Shown: piece after piece, positions 55,585-64,000 of the stretch | Position numbering within the stretch: position 1 is the stretch's first letter | How the letters are laid out: each line of letters begins with the position of its first letter | Assembly (NCBI GenBank): GCA_963662545.2 | Contig: CAXXLL010000003.1 | Coordinates: forward strand, 384,001 to 448,000 | Reading direction: 5' to 3' | Length of the DNA: 64,000 bases | DNA from: Gammaproteobacteria bacterium | Lineage (GTDB): Bacteria; Pseudomonadota; Gammaproteobacteria; Ga0077536 | Program-made: the position numbers and the translations under genes | Notes under the pieces: generated by a model | Told to the model about the DNA's origin: nothing | Seen by the model: the letters and a program-made list of their open reading frames with translations, nothing else | Databases searched by the model: none

Positions 55585-56247
55585 ATGCCGGCGAGATCCG
55601 AACCGCGGGCGATCCTTTTTGACCTCGACGGCACGCTGCTCGACACGGCGCCGGATCTTGCGTTCGCGTTGAACAGCGTCCGCGCTGAAGACGGCCTCGA
55701 ACCTCTGCCCTATGACGGCATCCGTCCTTATGTTTCGCAGGGCAGCCTCGCGCTCACCCGGCTGGGTTTCGAGTTTGCGCAGGATTCAAAAGAATTCGCC
55801 GAACGGCGGCAACGGTTGCTCGACGTTTACAGCGAACACCTCGCCGAAGACACGCGGCTGTTTGCCGGGATGTCCGAGGTGCTGGGGCGGATCGAGAGTA
55901 CCGGGCGGTGCTGGGGGATCGTTACCAACAAGCCCGGCTGGCTGACGACCCCGCTGCTTAAAGCGCTGGGACTCGATGAACGTGCAGGCTGCGTCGTTTC
56001 CGGCGACTCGACCCAGCACGTCAAACCGCACCCGGATCCGCTGTTCCAAGCCGCCGAACAATTGAACACGCCCCCGGCGAACTGCTTATACGTCGGCGAT
56101 GACCAACGCGACGTCGAAGCGGCGATTGCGGCGCGCATGCCGGTGATCATCGCGCTGTACGGCTATATCGCGCCCGGCGAAGATCCGCATGCCTGGGGTG
56201 GCGACGGCCAGGTCGCGGCACCCCTCGATATCCTTTCGTGGCTGTAG
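55585..56247 (+). CDS. gph: HAD phosphatase, Gph/MupP-like
   Basis: FDLDGTLLD, VTNK, KPHP, GDD; follows ubiG. Confidence 0.85.
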   Translation: MPARSEPRAILFDLDGTLLDTAPDLAFALNSVRAEDGLEPLPYDGIRPYVSQGSLALTRLGFEFAQDSKEFAERRQRLLDVYSEHLAEDTRLFAGMSEVLGRIESTGRCWGIVTNKPGWLTTPLLKALGLDERAGCVVSGDSTQHVKPHPDPLFQAAEQLNTPPANCLYVGDDQRDVEAAIAARMPVIIALYGYIAPGEDPHAWGGDGQVAAPLDILSWL

Positions 56248-57095
56248 CGCCGGACGCGTCTGGCGGAATGCCCCCATCCGTTACCGCGATCGCGTCCGCG
56301 CCCGGTAGCGATTTTTACTATGCCAGCCTATACCTGCCGCCGCGCGCGCGTAGTGCGGTCAATATACTCGAAGCCTGCCGGCGGGCGATCACCCGCATTC
56401 CGCAAACCTGTTCAGATCGCGGCGTCGCTCACACCAAGCTGGCCTGGTGGCGAGACGAATTCGAACGTCTCGGGCAGGCCTCGCCACGTCATGAGCTCAC
56501 GCGCGGCCTGTCTCCGCTGAACGCGGCCGACGACGGCCTCGCCGAAGTCTTCATGGAACTGGTTGAAAAGACCGACGCTTCCCTACAGGAACCCGTATTC
56601 GAGACCCGTGAGGACGTGTTCGAGGCGATCCGCGACCTGCACGGCCCAGTCTTTCGCCGCATGATCCTCGCGGTCGGCGACTGCGACGCGGCAGCGATGG
56701 CAGCTCTGGTCGACCTCGCCTGCGCGACCGAACTCGCCTACGAATTACGTGACCTGCGGCAGCATCGTCGCGGCGGCCTCCTCTACCTCGCCGGCGACGC
56801 CCTCGGCCGCCACGGCCTGCACGTAGAACAGCTACGGCAGGTGACGAATTCAGCGGCACTCGGCGATTTAATGAACCAGGAGATCGAGGATGCGGTCGCG
56901 CACCTCGATAACGCCCATGCGCAACTGGGCAGACCGGCGCGCCTGCGCGGGCGTTTGTTCTGCACGCTCGCCCGCATCATTCGACGCGCCCTGGTACTCA
57001 CACTGGAAGGCGGGTGCCAGGTCCTCGAGCGGCGCATCGAGTTGCTGCCGGTCCACAAGTTGTGGATCGCGTGGCGCACGCGCATCACGGGTTAA
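56238..57095 (+). CDS. Squalene/phytoene synthase-like protein (HpnD-like, degenerate motifs)
   Basis: GSDFYYASLYLP, KLAWWRDE, KLWIAWR; DDxxD motifs absent. Confidence 0.8.
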   Translation: MAVAPDASGGMPPSVTAIASAPGSDFYYASLYLPPRARSAVNILEACRRAITRIPQTCSDRGVAHTKLAWWRDEFERLGQASPRHELTRGLSPLNAADDGLAEVFMELVEKTDASLQEPVFETREDVFEAIRDLHGPVFRRMILAVGDCDAAAMAALVDLACATELAYELRDLRQHRRGGLLYLAGDALGRHGLHVEQLRQVTNSAALGDLMNQEIEDAVAHLDNAHAQLGRPARLRGRLFCTLARIIRRALVLTLEGGCQVLERRIELLPVHKLWIAWRTRITG

Positions 57096-57513
57096 ACCGC
57101 AAGCGTACCCTCAGACGCCGGAACGCGTCGGGATCCGTGCCGTCGGGTAACAGGACCACGCGCCTGACCATTCCATCGTCGAGCTTGAGTGGCAACACGG
57201 TGAGTTTGCGTGTGACATAAGGCGTCGCGGCCAGGCTCGCACTGATCTGGCGGCCATCGCGCAAACTGACCTGCCAACCATCATGGCTGGTCAGTAGCAG
57301 CGCCGTGACGTCATTGGACCGGCGGCGCCTCAAGAGCCACAAACTTACGGCGCCGTTGGATCCGATCGCCGCGATCAAGGCGAGCTGAGGCAAGGTCACG
57401 GGATACAGGAAGGCGATCGCAGCAACGGCTGCCGCGTGCGCGGCGAGAAGCACGTGCGCGAGCTTCGCCGACGGGCGCAGCGCGACGTAAATCGGTCCCT
57501 CGAATCCCGACAT
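57085..57513 (-). CDS. YgfX-family membrane protein
   Basis: LRPS start, two TMs, C-terminal LLPDG..FRRLRVRLR. Confidence 0.75.
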   Translation of the reverse strand: MSGFEGPIYVALRPSAKLAHVLLAAHAAAVAAIAFLYPVTLPQLALIAAIGSNGAVSLWLLRRRRSNDVTALLLTSHDGWQVSLRDGRQISASLAATPYVTRKLTVLPLKLDDGMVRRVVLLPDGTDPDAFRRLRVRLRFNP

Positions 57514-57633
57514 CCTGCAACCAAGGATACGGGCTAGACCGCCAACTTGATATTACCGGCCTGTGAAAAGATACTACCCCCGCGTCCGGGGACGAACGGG
57601 ATCCGGAATTCCACCCAATACCGCCGTATTACC

Positions 57634-57795
57634 ATGCACGAAAAGAAGCCGGATTCCAGCGCGACTGAAGATCACAAAGACCTGATTGACGGGCGGTCGA
57701 AGACCGACAAACCCCAGGAAATCGGTGGTCCGAAAGGGCTGGAGCCGACGCGTTACGGTGATTGGGAACGCAAGGGCAGATGTATCGATTTTTGA
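57634..57795 (+). CDS. DUF1674 / SDH assembly factor 4-like protein
   Basis: EIGGPKGLEPTRYGDWERKGRCIDF. Confidence 0.92.
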   Translation: MHEKKPDSSATEDHKDLIDGRSKTDKPQEIGGPKGLEPTRYGDWERKGRCIDF

Positions 57796-57860
57796 GCCGG
57801 CCGCCGCCCATGCGACACGCCTCAAAATATCGATCACTCGCCTGATAAAACGAAAAATCC

Positions 57861-58250
57861 ATGGCCGATAATCCCCTATCCCCTCACCTGCAAGTCTACC
57901 GCCCGCAGCTAACCTCGGTCCTGTCGATCGTGCATCGCGCGACCGGCGTATTCCTGAGCCTCGGCACGGTGATTCTGCTGTACTGGCTGGTTGCAGCGGC
58001 GCTCGGTGCCAATGCCTACGCCGACGCGCAACGTTGCATCGGATCCATGCCGTCGCAATTAGTGCTCGCCGCCTGGACGTTTTCCTTCTATTTCCACCTG
58101 TTGAACGGCGTGCGGCATCTGTTTTGGGACCTGGGCTTGGGATTCGAGCTCGGCACCGCCTACAGGACGGGTTACGCAGTGCTCGTGCTGACGTTCGTCA
58201 TGACCGGGCTGACCTGGGCCTGCATACTGGCCCAGGGCGGGGTGTTATGA
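57861..58250 (+). CDS. sdhC: Succinate dehydrogenase cytochrome b556 subunit
   Basis: PLSPHLQVYRPQ, HRATG, GVRHL. Confidence 0.96.
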   Translation: MADNPLSPHLQVYRPQLTSVLSIVHRATGVFLSLGTVILLYWLVAAALGANAYADAQRCIGSMPSQLVLAAWTFSFYFHLLNGVRHLFWDLGLGFELGTAYRTGYAVLVLTFVMTGLTWACILAQGGVL

Positions 58251-58630
58251 ATATGCGCAGCGACTTGAGCCGCGTGCGCGGACTGGGTTCGGCGAAAGCC
58301 GGCGCGCACCACTGGTGGCATCAGCGCCTGAGCGCCATCGCGCTGGTGCCGCTGGGCTTGTGGTTCGTCGTCGCCCTGCTTGGACAACTGGGCGCGAGTT
58401 ACAGCGATACCGTCCAGTGGATCAGCTCGCCGCTCGTGACCGTGCTCCTGATCGCGCTCATCATCGGTACGTTTTATCACGCCCTGCTCGGCCTGCAGGT
58501 CGTCATCGAAGATTACGTGCATGGCGAACTGCTTAAGATCGGGCTCTTGATCCTGATGAAATTCGCCCTGGTCTTCGGCGCGCTGCTCGGCATCGTCGCG
58601 GTCCTTAAAATATCTTTCACCATGGCCTGA
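58247..58630 (+). CDS. sdhD: Succinate dehydrogenase membrane anchor
   Basis: [23 protein letters not shown]. Confidence 0.96.
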   Translation: MNMRSDLSRVRGLGSAKAGAHHWWHQRLSAIALVPLGLWFVVALLGQLGASYSDTVQWISSPLVTVLLIALIIGTFYHALLGLQVVIEDYVHGELLKIGLLILMKFALVFGALLGIVAVLKISFTMA

Positions 58631-58641
58631 CGGAACCACGC

Positions 58642-60435
58642 ATGCCTGAAGCATACGAACTCATAGAACATAATTACGATGTGGTTGTAGTCGGGGCCGG
58701 CGGCGCTGGTTTGCGCGCCACCTTCGGCATGGCCGCCGAGGGCCTCTCCACGGCTTGCATCACCAAGGTCTTTCCGACCCGCAGCCATACCGTTGCCGCG
58801 CAGGGCGGAATGAGCGCAGCGCTCGGTAACATGGGGCCCGACGACTGGCGCTGGCACATGTACGATACCGTCAAGGGCTCGGACTGGCTGGGCGATCAGG
58901 ATGCGATCGAATACATGTGCCGCGAAGCGATCCCGGCGGTGATCGAACTTGAACATTACGGCGTGCCGTTCTCACGTACCGAGTCCGGCGAGATCTATCA
59001 GCGCCCGTTCGGCGGCATGACGACCGAGTTCGGCGAAGGCGGCATCGCGCACCGCACCTGTGCCGCGGCAGATCGCACGGGGCACGCCATCTTACACACG
59101 CTCTATCAGCAGTCGCTCAAACACGACGCCGAATTCATGATCGAATATTTCGCAATCGATCTCGTGATGGATGCCGATGGCGCCTGCCGCGGCGTCGTCG
59201 CCTGGAACCTCGAGGACGGCTCCCTGCACCTCTTTCGCGCGCATGCGGTGGTGCTCGCGACCGGCGGTTACGGCCGCACTTATTTATCATGCACCTCCGC
59301 GCATACCTGTACGGGCGACGGTAACGGCATGGCGCTGCGCGCCGGACTGCCCTTGCAGGACATGGAATTCACCCAGTTTCACCCGACCGGGATCTACGGC
59401 GCGGGCTGCCTTATCACTGAAGGGGTACGCGGCGAAGGCGGCTACTTAACGAACTCCGAAGGCGAGCGCTTCATGGAGCGCTATGCCCCGAATGCCAAGG
59501 ATCTCGCCTCGCGCGATGTGGTGTCGCGATCGATGACGATCGAGATCCGCGAGGGGCGCGGCGTTGGCGAGGAGCGCGATCACATCCACCTGCACCTCGA
59601 ACACCTCGGCCCCGAAGTCATCAACGAGCGCCTGCCGGGCATCGCCGAATCCGCCGAAATCTTCGCCGGCGTCGACGTCACGCGCGAACCGATTCCGGTG
59701 CTGCCGACCGTGCATTACAACATGGGCGGTGTGCCGACCAATTACCACGGTGAAACCGTGACGCTCGCCGACGGCGATCCCGATTCGATCGTGCCGGGCC
59801 TGCTATCGATCGGCGAGGCAGCCTGCGTTTCCGTGCACGGCGCCAACCGGCTCGGTTCGAATTCGCTGCTGGACCTCATCGTCTTCGGGCGGGCCGCGGC
59901 CAAGCGCTGCGCGACCTTGATCACGCGCGGTACTACGCACGCCCCGCTGAGCAGTGAGGCGACCGAACGCATCGTGTCCCACTTCGACGCCCTGCGCTTT
60001 GCGGACGGCAGCGAATCTACCGCGAAGCTTCGCGTCGACATGCAACGCACCATGCAGGAATACGCCGCGGTATTCCGCACCGGCGAAGTAATGGAAGAAG
60101 GTAAGGCGAAACTCCGCGAAGTCTGGGAGGCATTCCGGCACGTCAAGGTCAGTGACCGCTCGATGATATGGAATACCGATCTCGTCGAGACCCTCGAACT
60201 CGAAAATCTGCTACAGAGCGCGATCGTCAGCCTGCATGCAGCGAACAACCGGACCGAAAGCCGTGGCGCGCATGCGCGCGAGGACTATCCGGATCGGGAC
60301 GACCAAAACTGGATGAAGCACACCCTGACCTGGCTCAACGACGACGGCGAGGTCCGTTTCGACTACCGTCCGGTACACATGCACACCCTGACCGACGATG
60401 TTAAGGTCGTACCACCGAAAAAGCGCGTTTATTGA
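58642..60435 (+). CDS. sdhA: Succinate dehydrogenase flavoprotein
   Basis: [21 protein letters not shown]. Confidence 0.98.
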   Translation: MPEAYELIEHNYDVVVVGAGGAGLRATFGMAAEGLSTACITKVFPTRSHTVAAQGGMSAALGNMGPDDWRWHMYDTVKGSDWLGDQDAIEYMCREAIPAVIELEHYGVPFSRTESGEIYQRPFGGMTTEFGEGGIAHRTCAAADRTGHAILHTLYQQSLKHDAEFMIEYFAIDLVMDADGACRGVVAWNLEDGSLHLFRAHAVVLATGGYGRTYLSCTSAHTCTGDGNGMALRAGLPLQDMEFTQFHPTGIYGAGCLITEGVRGEGGYLTNSEGERFMERYAPNAKDLASRDVVSRSMTIEIREGRGVGEERDHIHLHLEHLGPEVINERLPGIAESAEIFAGVDVTREPIPVLPTVHYNMGGVPTNYHGETVTLADGDPDSIVPGLLSIGEAACVSVHGANRLGSNSLLDLIVFGRAAAKRCATLITRGTTHAPLSSEATERIVSHFDALRFADGSESTAKLRVDMQRTMQEYAAVFRTGEVMEEGKAKLREVWEAFRHVKVSDRSMIWNTDLVETLELENLLQSAIVSLHAANNRTESRGAHAREDYPDRDDQNWMKHTLTWLNDDGEVRFDYRPVHMHTLTDDVKVVPPKKRVY

Positions 60436-60436
60436 T

Positions 60437-61219
60437 ATGGCTAAATTCACGCTACCGAAGAATTCGAAGATCGGCGAGGGCAAGACGTTCAAGCACGCCA
60501 ACGGCGCCAAGCAGGCCAGGACGTTCAGGATCTACCGCTGGGATCCGGACCTGGATCGGAACCCGCGCATGGACACCTACGAGATTGATCTCGAGCAATG
60601 CGGGCCGATGGTGCTCGACGCCATCATCTATATTAAGAATGAGATCGATCCGACCCTCACGTTTCGCCGCTCTTGCCGCGAAGGGATTTGCGGTTCGTGC
60701 GCCATGAACATCGGCGGCACCAACACCCTCGCCTGTACCCTGGCGACGCAGTCGGTCAAGGGCACGGTCAAGATCTATCCCCTGCCGCACCTGAAGGTCT
60801 GCAAGGACCTCGTTGCGGACCTGCGCAATTTCTACGCGCAATACACATCCATCAAACCGTGGATGCAGGTGCAGACGCCGGCGCAGCCCGACAAGGAACG
60901 GCTGCAATCCAAGGAGGACCGTGAGCAACTCGACGGTCTCTACGAATGCATTCTGTGCGCGTGCTGCTCGACCGCCTGCCCGAGTTACTGGTGGAACGAA
61001 GACCGGTTTCTGGGCCCGGCGGTGCTGCTGCAGGCCTACCGCTGGATCGCCGACAGCCGCGATGAAGCGACGGGTGAACGTCTGGACGAACTGGAAGACC
61101 CGTTCCGCCTGTACCGATGTCACACCATCATGAATTGCGCCAATGCCTGTCCCAAGGGACTCAACCCCGCGAAAGCCATCGCCGAAATCAAGAAGTTGAT
61201 GGTGTCGCGCAGTCTTTAG
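60437..61219 (+). CDS. sdhB: Succinate dehydrogenase Fe-S subunit
   Basis: [24 protein letters not shown]. Confidence 0.98.
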   Translation: MAKFTLPKNSKIGEGKTFKHANGAKQARTFRIYRWDPDLDRNPRMDTYEIDLEQCGPMVLDAIIYIKNEIDPTLTFRRSCREGICGSCAMNIGGTNTLACTLATQSVKGTVKIYPLPHLKVCKDLVADLRNFYAQYTSIKPWMQVQTPAQPDKERLQSKEDREQLDGLYECILCACCSTACPSYWWNEDRFLGPAVLLQAYRWIADSRDEATGERLDELEDPFRLYRCHTIMNCANACPKGLNPAKAIAEIKKLMVSRSL

Positions 61220-61506
61220 TGAGGCACAGCGCACCAACAGGGGCCGATCCCGTCAAGCGCCTGCGGTGGCGGTGCCGGCGCGGCATGCGCGAACTCGACG
61301 TCCTGCTGGAGCCTTATTTCACACAGCGCAATGCGACGATGACGCCCGCAGACTTGCAGTTGTTCGAACGCTTTCTGGACTCCAGCGATATGGATCTCCA
61401 CGCCTGGCTGACCCGGCGCAGCACACCGGCTGAAGCGAAGTTCGCCGCGCTGGTCAATGCGATTCTCGACGCCAGCCGGTCAAACGAGGGCGCCGCATTG
61501 CCATGA
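61219..61506 (+). CDS. sdhE: SDH flavinylation factor
   Basis: RLRWRCRRGMRELD. Confidence 0.93.
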   Translation: MRHSAPTGADPVKRLRWRCRRGMRELDVLLEPYFTQRNATMTPADLQLFERFLDSSDMDLHAWLTRRSTPAEAKFAALVNAILDASRSNEGAALP

Positions 61507-62495
61507 GCGATCCAGGACAATGGCTCACCCGTCTTGCGCCGGACGCGGTCACCCTTGCAGGCGACCGGGCCGCGCATTTCGGCGATGTCCTTGGCGAAGC
61601 GGCGATCGTCGGCCTGCAGACCACGAAAACGCCGCTCGGTGAATGTGGCGTGGTCGGTATCGAAGGTCCTGAAGCCGCGGAATTCCTGCACGCCCAGTTG
61701 AGCGCTGAGTGCCTCACCCTGGCCGATGGCGGCACCTGCCTTACGGCCTGGTGTACGCCCAAGGGCCGCGTGCTTTATCTCTTGCGCCTGGTGCGCCGCG
61801 GGGCGTCGTATTTCGCATTATTGCCGCGCGATCAGGCGGTTGATTTCGCTGATCGCCTATCGAAGTTCGTGCTGCGCGCGGAGGTCGAAATTTCGGATCT
61901 GAGCGCCAGCCAAGGCGTCATCGTCGTGAATCAGAATTCGGATCAGATGCCTATTGAGGTGCCGACCGAGGCAGGCGATGCCGCCTGCGCAGCCAGCGAA
62001 GATTACCGGCAGTGTTGGATCGTGGGCGGGTTCGAAACGCTGATCGAGGTCTGGCCCGGGATCGCGGGAACGCCGGTCGGCGAAAACGCGGCGGCACTTG
62101 CGGACGTCCGCCTCGGCCTGCCGCGCCTGGTGCGAACCCTCGCCGAAACATTTCTGCCGCAGGAACTGAACCTCGATGCCCTGGGCGGGGTGAGTTTCGA
62201 GAAGGGTTGTTACCCAGGCCAGGAAATCGTCGCGCGGGTCAAGTTTCGCGGCGCGGTCAAACGGCGCTTGAGCCGGTTGATCGGCGCGGGGAAAGCGGCC
62301 CCAGACCCTGGAGCACGCATCGCATCGTCACCCTCGGGTAAGTCGGTCGGTACCGTACTGGTCTCCGCCCGGTCCGCGGCGAATGCTTTTGAAGTGCTGG
62401 GGGTGCTGGATCTCGCGGCAGGAGCGATCGCGCTCGAGGGGGACACCGAGGCGGACCTCGATCGAGAGACGCTGCCGTACTCCGTTGCCTCCTGA
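61503..62495 (+). CDS. ygfZ: Folate-binding Fe-S maturation protein
   Basis: KGCYPGQE. Confidence 0.93.
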   Translation: MSDPGQWLTRLAPDAVTLAGDRAAHFGDVLGEAAIVGLQTTKTPLGECGVVGIEGPEAAEFLHAQLSAECLTLADGGTCLTAWCTPKGRVLYLLRLVRRGASYFALLPRDQAVDFADRLSKFVLRAEVEISDLSASQGVIVVNQNSDQMPIEVPTEAGDAACAASEDYRQCWIVGGFETLIEVWPGIAGTPVGENAAALADVRLGLPRLVRTLAETFLPQELNLDALGGVSFEKGCYPGQEIVARVKFRGAVKRRLSRLIGAGKAAPDPGARIASSPSGKSVGTVLVSARSAANAFEVLGVLDLAAGAIALEGDTEADLDRETLPYSVAS

Positions 62496-63513
62496 AGCGG
62501 ATTTAGGCGCCCCGCATGGACGCGTCGTCGCTTCGACCGATTTCAGACCCGCGCCCTGCTTGCCGGGGCCACACCTGCCGACGATCTGGGTCACGGTGTG
62601 CCGACCCACACCCGCGGTCGACCTCACGTTCGAACGCCTCGAACTCCCTGACGGGGACTTCGTCGACCTCGCCTGGACGCAGGACAACGGCGGTCCCGTG
62701 GTCCTGGTGCTGCACGGCCTGGAAGGCTGCCACGAATCGATCTATGCGCGCGCGATCCTGGCTCGGCTACGCGCCGCGGGCTACCGCGGGGTACTGCTCC
62801 AGTTCCGCGGCTGCAGTGGCGGCCCCAATCGGCTCGATCGCACCTACCACTCGGGTGATACGGGGGACACCGCCCACGTCGCGGGCGTCATCGAGAAGCG
62901 CTACGGCCGGCCCCCGTTCGCTGCGATCGGCTACTCGCTGGGCGGTAACGTACTGCTCAAGTGGTTGGGCGAACTCGCCGGCGACGCCCGCCTCACCACG
63001 GCCGTCGCAGTCTCCGTGCCATTCGATCTAGGCGCCTGCGCCACGCGCCTCAATCAGGGCTTTTCCCGCTTCTACCAATGGCGGTTGATCCGCAGCATGC
63101 GACGCAAATACCAGGAAAAGTTTGCCCGACGCCCCTCGCCTCTCGCGATCGAGGACGTTCGCCGGTTGAACACTTTCTGGTCCTACGACGACGCCGTGAC
63201 GGCGCCGCTACACGGCTTTCGCGACGTTTATGATTATTACACTTCGAGCAGCAGCCGCTCATACTTGAAACGTATCGCGGTGCCGACCTTAATCCTACAA
63301 GCCGATAATGACCCCTTCGTGCCCACAGCCGCAGTACCGAGCGCGGCGGAACTCAGTCCCAAGCTGACACTCGAAATGACCAGCGGCGGCGGTCACGTTG
63401 GATTCGTTTCGGGTTGCTGGCCCTGGCGGTTGCGATACTGGCTAGACGATCGCATCGTTTCTCATTTGAATGAACACCGAGCGCAGCATACGGCGGCAGC
63501 CAATGTTCAATAA
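62485..63513 (+). CDS. YheT-family alpha/beta hydrolase (start uncertain)
   Basis: LPDGDFVDL, HGLEG, GYSLGG, GGHVGF. Confidence 0.9.
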   Translation: MPPEADLGAPHGRVVASTDFRPAPCLPGPHLPTIWVTVCRPTPAVDLTFERLELPDGDFVDLAWTQDNGGPVVLVLHGLEGCHESIYARAILARLRAAGYRGVLLQFRGCSGGPNRLDRTYHSGDTGDTAHVAGVIEKRYGRPPFAAIGYSLGGNVLLKWLGELAGDARLTTAVAVSVPFDLGACATRLNQGFSRFYQWRLIRSMRRKYQEKFARRPSPLAIEDVRRLNTFWSYDDAVTAPLHGFRDVYDYYTSSSSRSYLKRIAVPTLILQADNDPFVPTAAVPSAAELSPKLTLEMTSGGGHVGFVSGCWPWRLRYWLDDRIVSHLNEHRAQHTAAANVQ

Positions 63514-63526
63514 AATACACTCTACG

Positions 63527-64000
63527 ATGCCGATGAACATTTCGCCGCGTGTCGTCTTCCTCTTGACGGCCTTCGTGTGTGCGAGCCTGCTCGGCTACGG
63601 GTATTACCTGCAGTTCGTGGAAGGACTCGAACCGTGTCCCATGTGCATCGCGCAGCGGATCTGCTACATCGCCATCGTGGTCGTGAGCCTGGCCGGCGCG
63701 GTGCATGGTCCGGAATTTCGCGCTGTATACGTTTACGCGTCGCTGACCGTATTCTCGGCCATGGTCGGGGCCGCCATCGCCGGGCGCCAGGTCTGGCTGC
63801 AGCACCTGCCGCCCGATCTCGTGCCCGAATGCGGGCCCGGACTCGCCTTCATGCTCGAAGTCTACCCGCTCGCCGAAGTGATTCAGAAGGCCTTCATCGG
63901 CACCGGGGAATGCGCGCAGGTCGCGTGGACCTTCCTGGGATTTTCCATCGCCGCATGGTCGCTCGTTTGCTTTTGTTCAATTTTCGTGGCTTATATCACG
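63527..64000 (+). CDS. dsbB: Disulfide bond formation protein B (runs off window)
   Basis: LQFVEGLEPCPMCIAQR, RQVWLQ, ECGPG, GECA. Confidence 0.92.
   Translation, partial: MPMNISPRVVFLLTAFVCASLLGYGYYLQFVEGLEPCPMCIAQRICYIAIVVVSLAGAVHGPEFRAVYVYASLTVFSAMVGAAIAGRQVWLQHLPPDLVPECGPGLAFMLEVYPLAEVIQKAFIGTGECAQVAWTFLGFSIAAWSLVCFCSIFVAYIT

Overview
GC-rich bacterial chromosome segment, probably gammaproteobacterial (gltX flanked by tRNA-Ala/Glu/Val; ubiG-gph; ygfZ; dsbB). It has four parts. (1) 1-14.5 kb: a decaying accessory mosaic ending in a P4-like integrase beside a tRNA-Thr(CGT) 3' fragment. It carries a class III cyclase/ATPase, a GIY-YIG nuclease, a haloacid dehalogenase, a P450 remnant, a second sdhC copy, IS630, an IS21-type MITE, small PilZ/hypothetical genes with CRP-like boxes and several dispersed hairpin repeats. 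(2) 14.6-24.6 kb: tRNAs, gltX, Sel1 proteins, LLM oxidoreductase, acyl-CoA genes, leuDC. (3) 24.6-54.6 kb: a divergent locus. One arm is tpsB, a ~4400-aa filamentous-haemagglutinin-type TpsA and sapC. The other arm is an FHA-adenylate cyclase, a PP2C phosphatase, a 1634-aa membrane Ser/Thr kinase with an FGE domain and a second FGE-domain protein. A class II CRP-type promoter lies in front of tpsA. The secretion arm is inactivated by a 13-bp insertion, an amber stop, IS1595 and a tandem ISNCY-like dimer. (4) 54.7-64 kb: ubiG, gph, a degenerate squalene-synthase-like gene, ygfX, DUF1674-sdhCDAB-sdhE, ygfZ, yheT, dsbB. The best candidate for an undescribed system is the kinase/FHA-cyclase/CRP circuit wired to a two-partner secretion adhesin. 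All calls are from reading motifs by eye; no database search was run.
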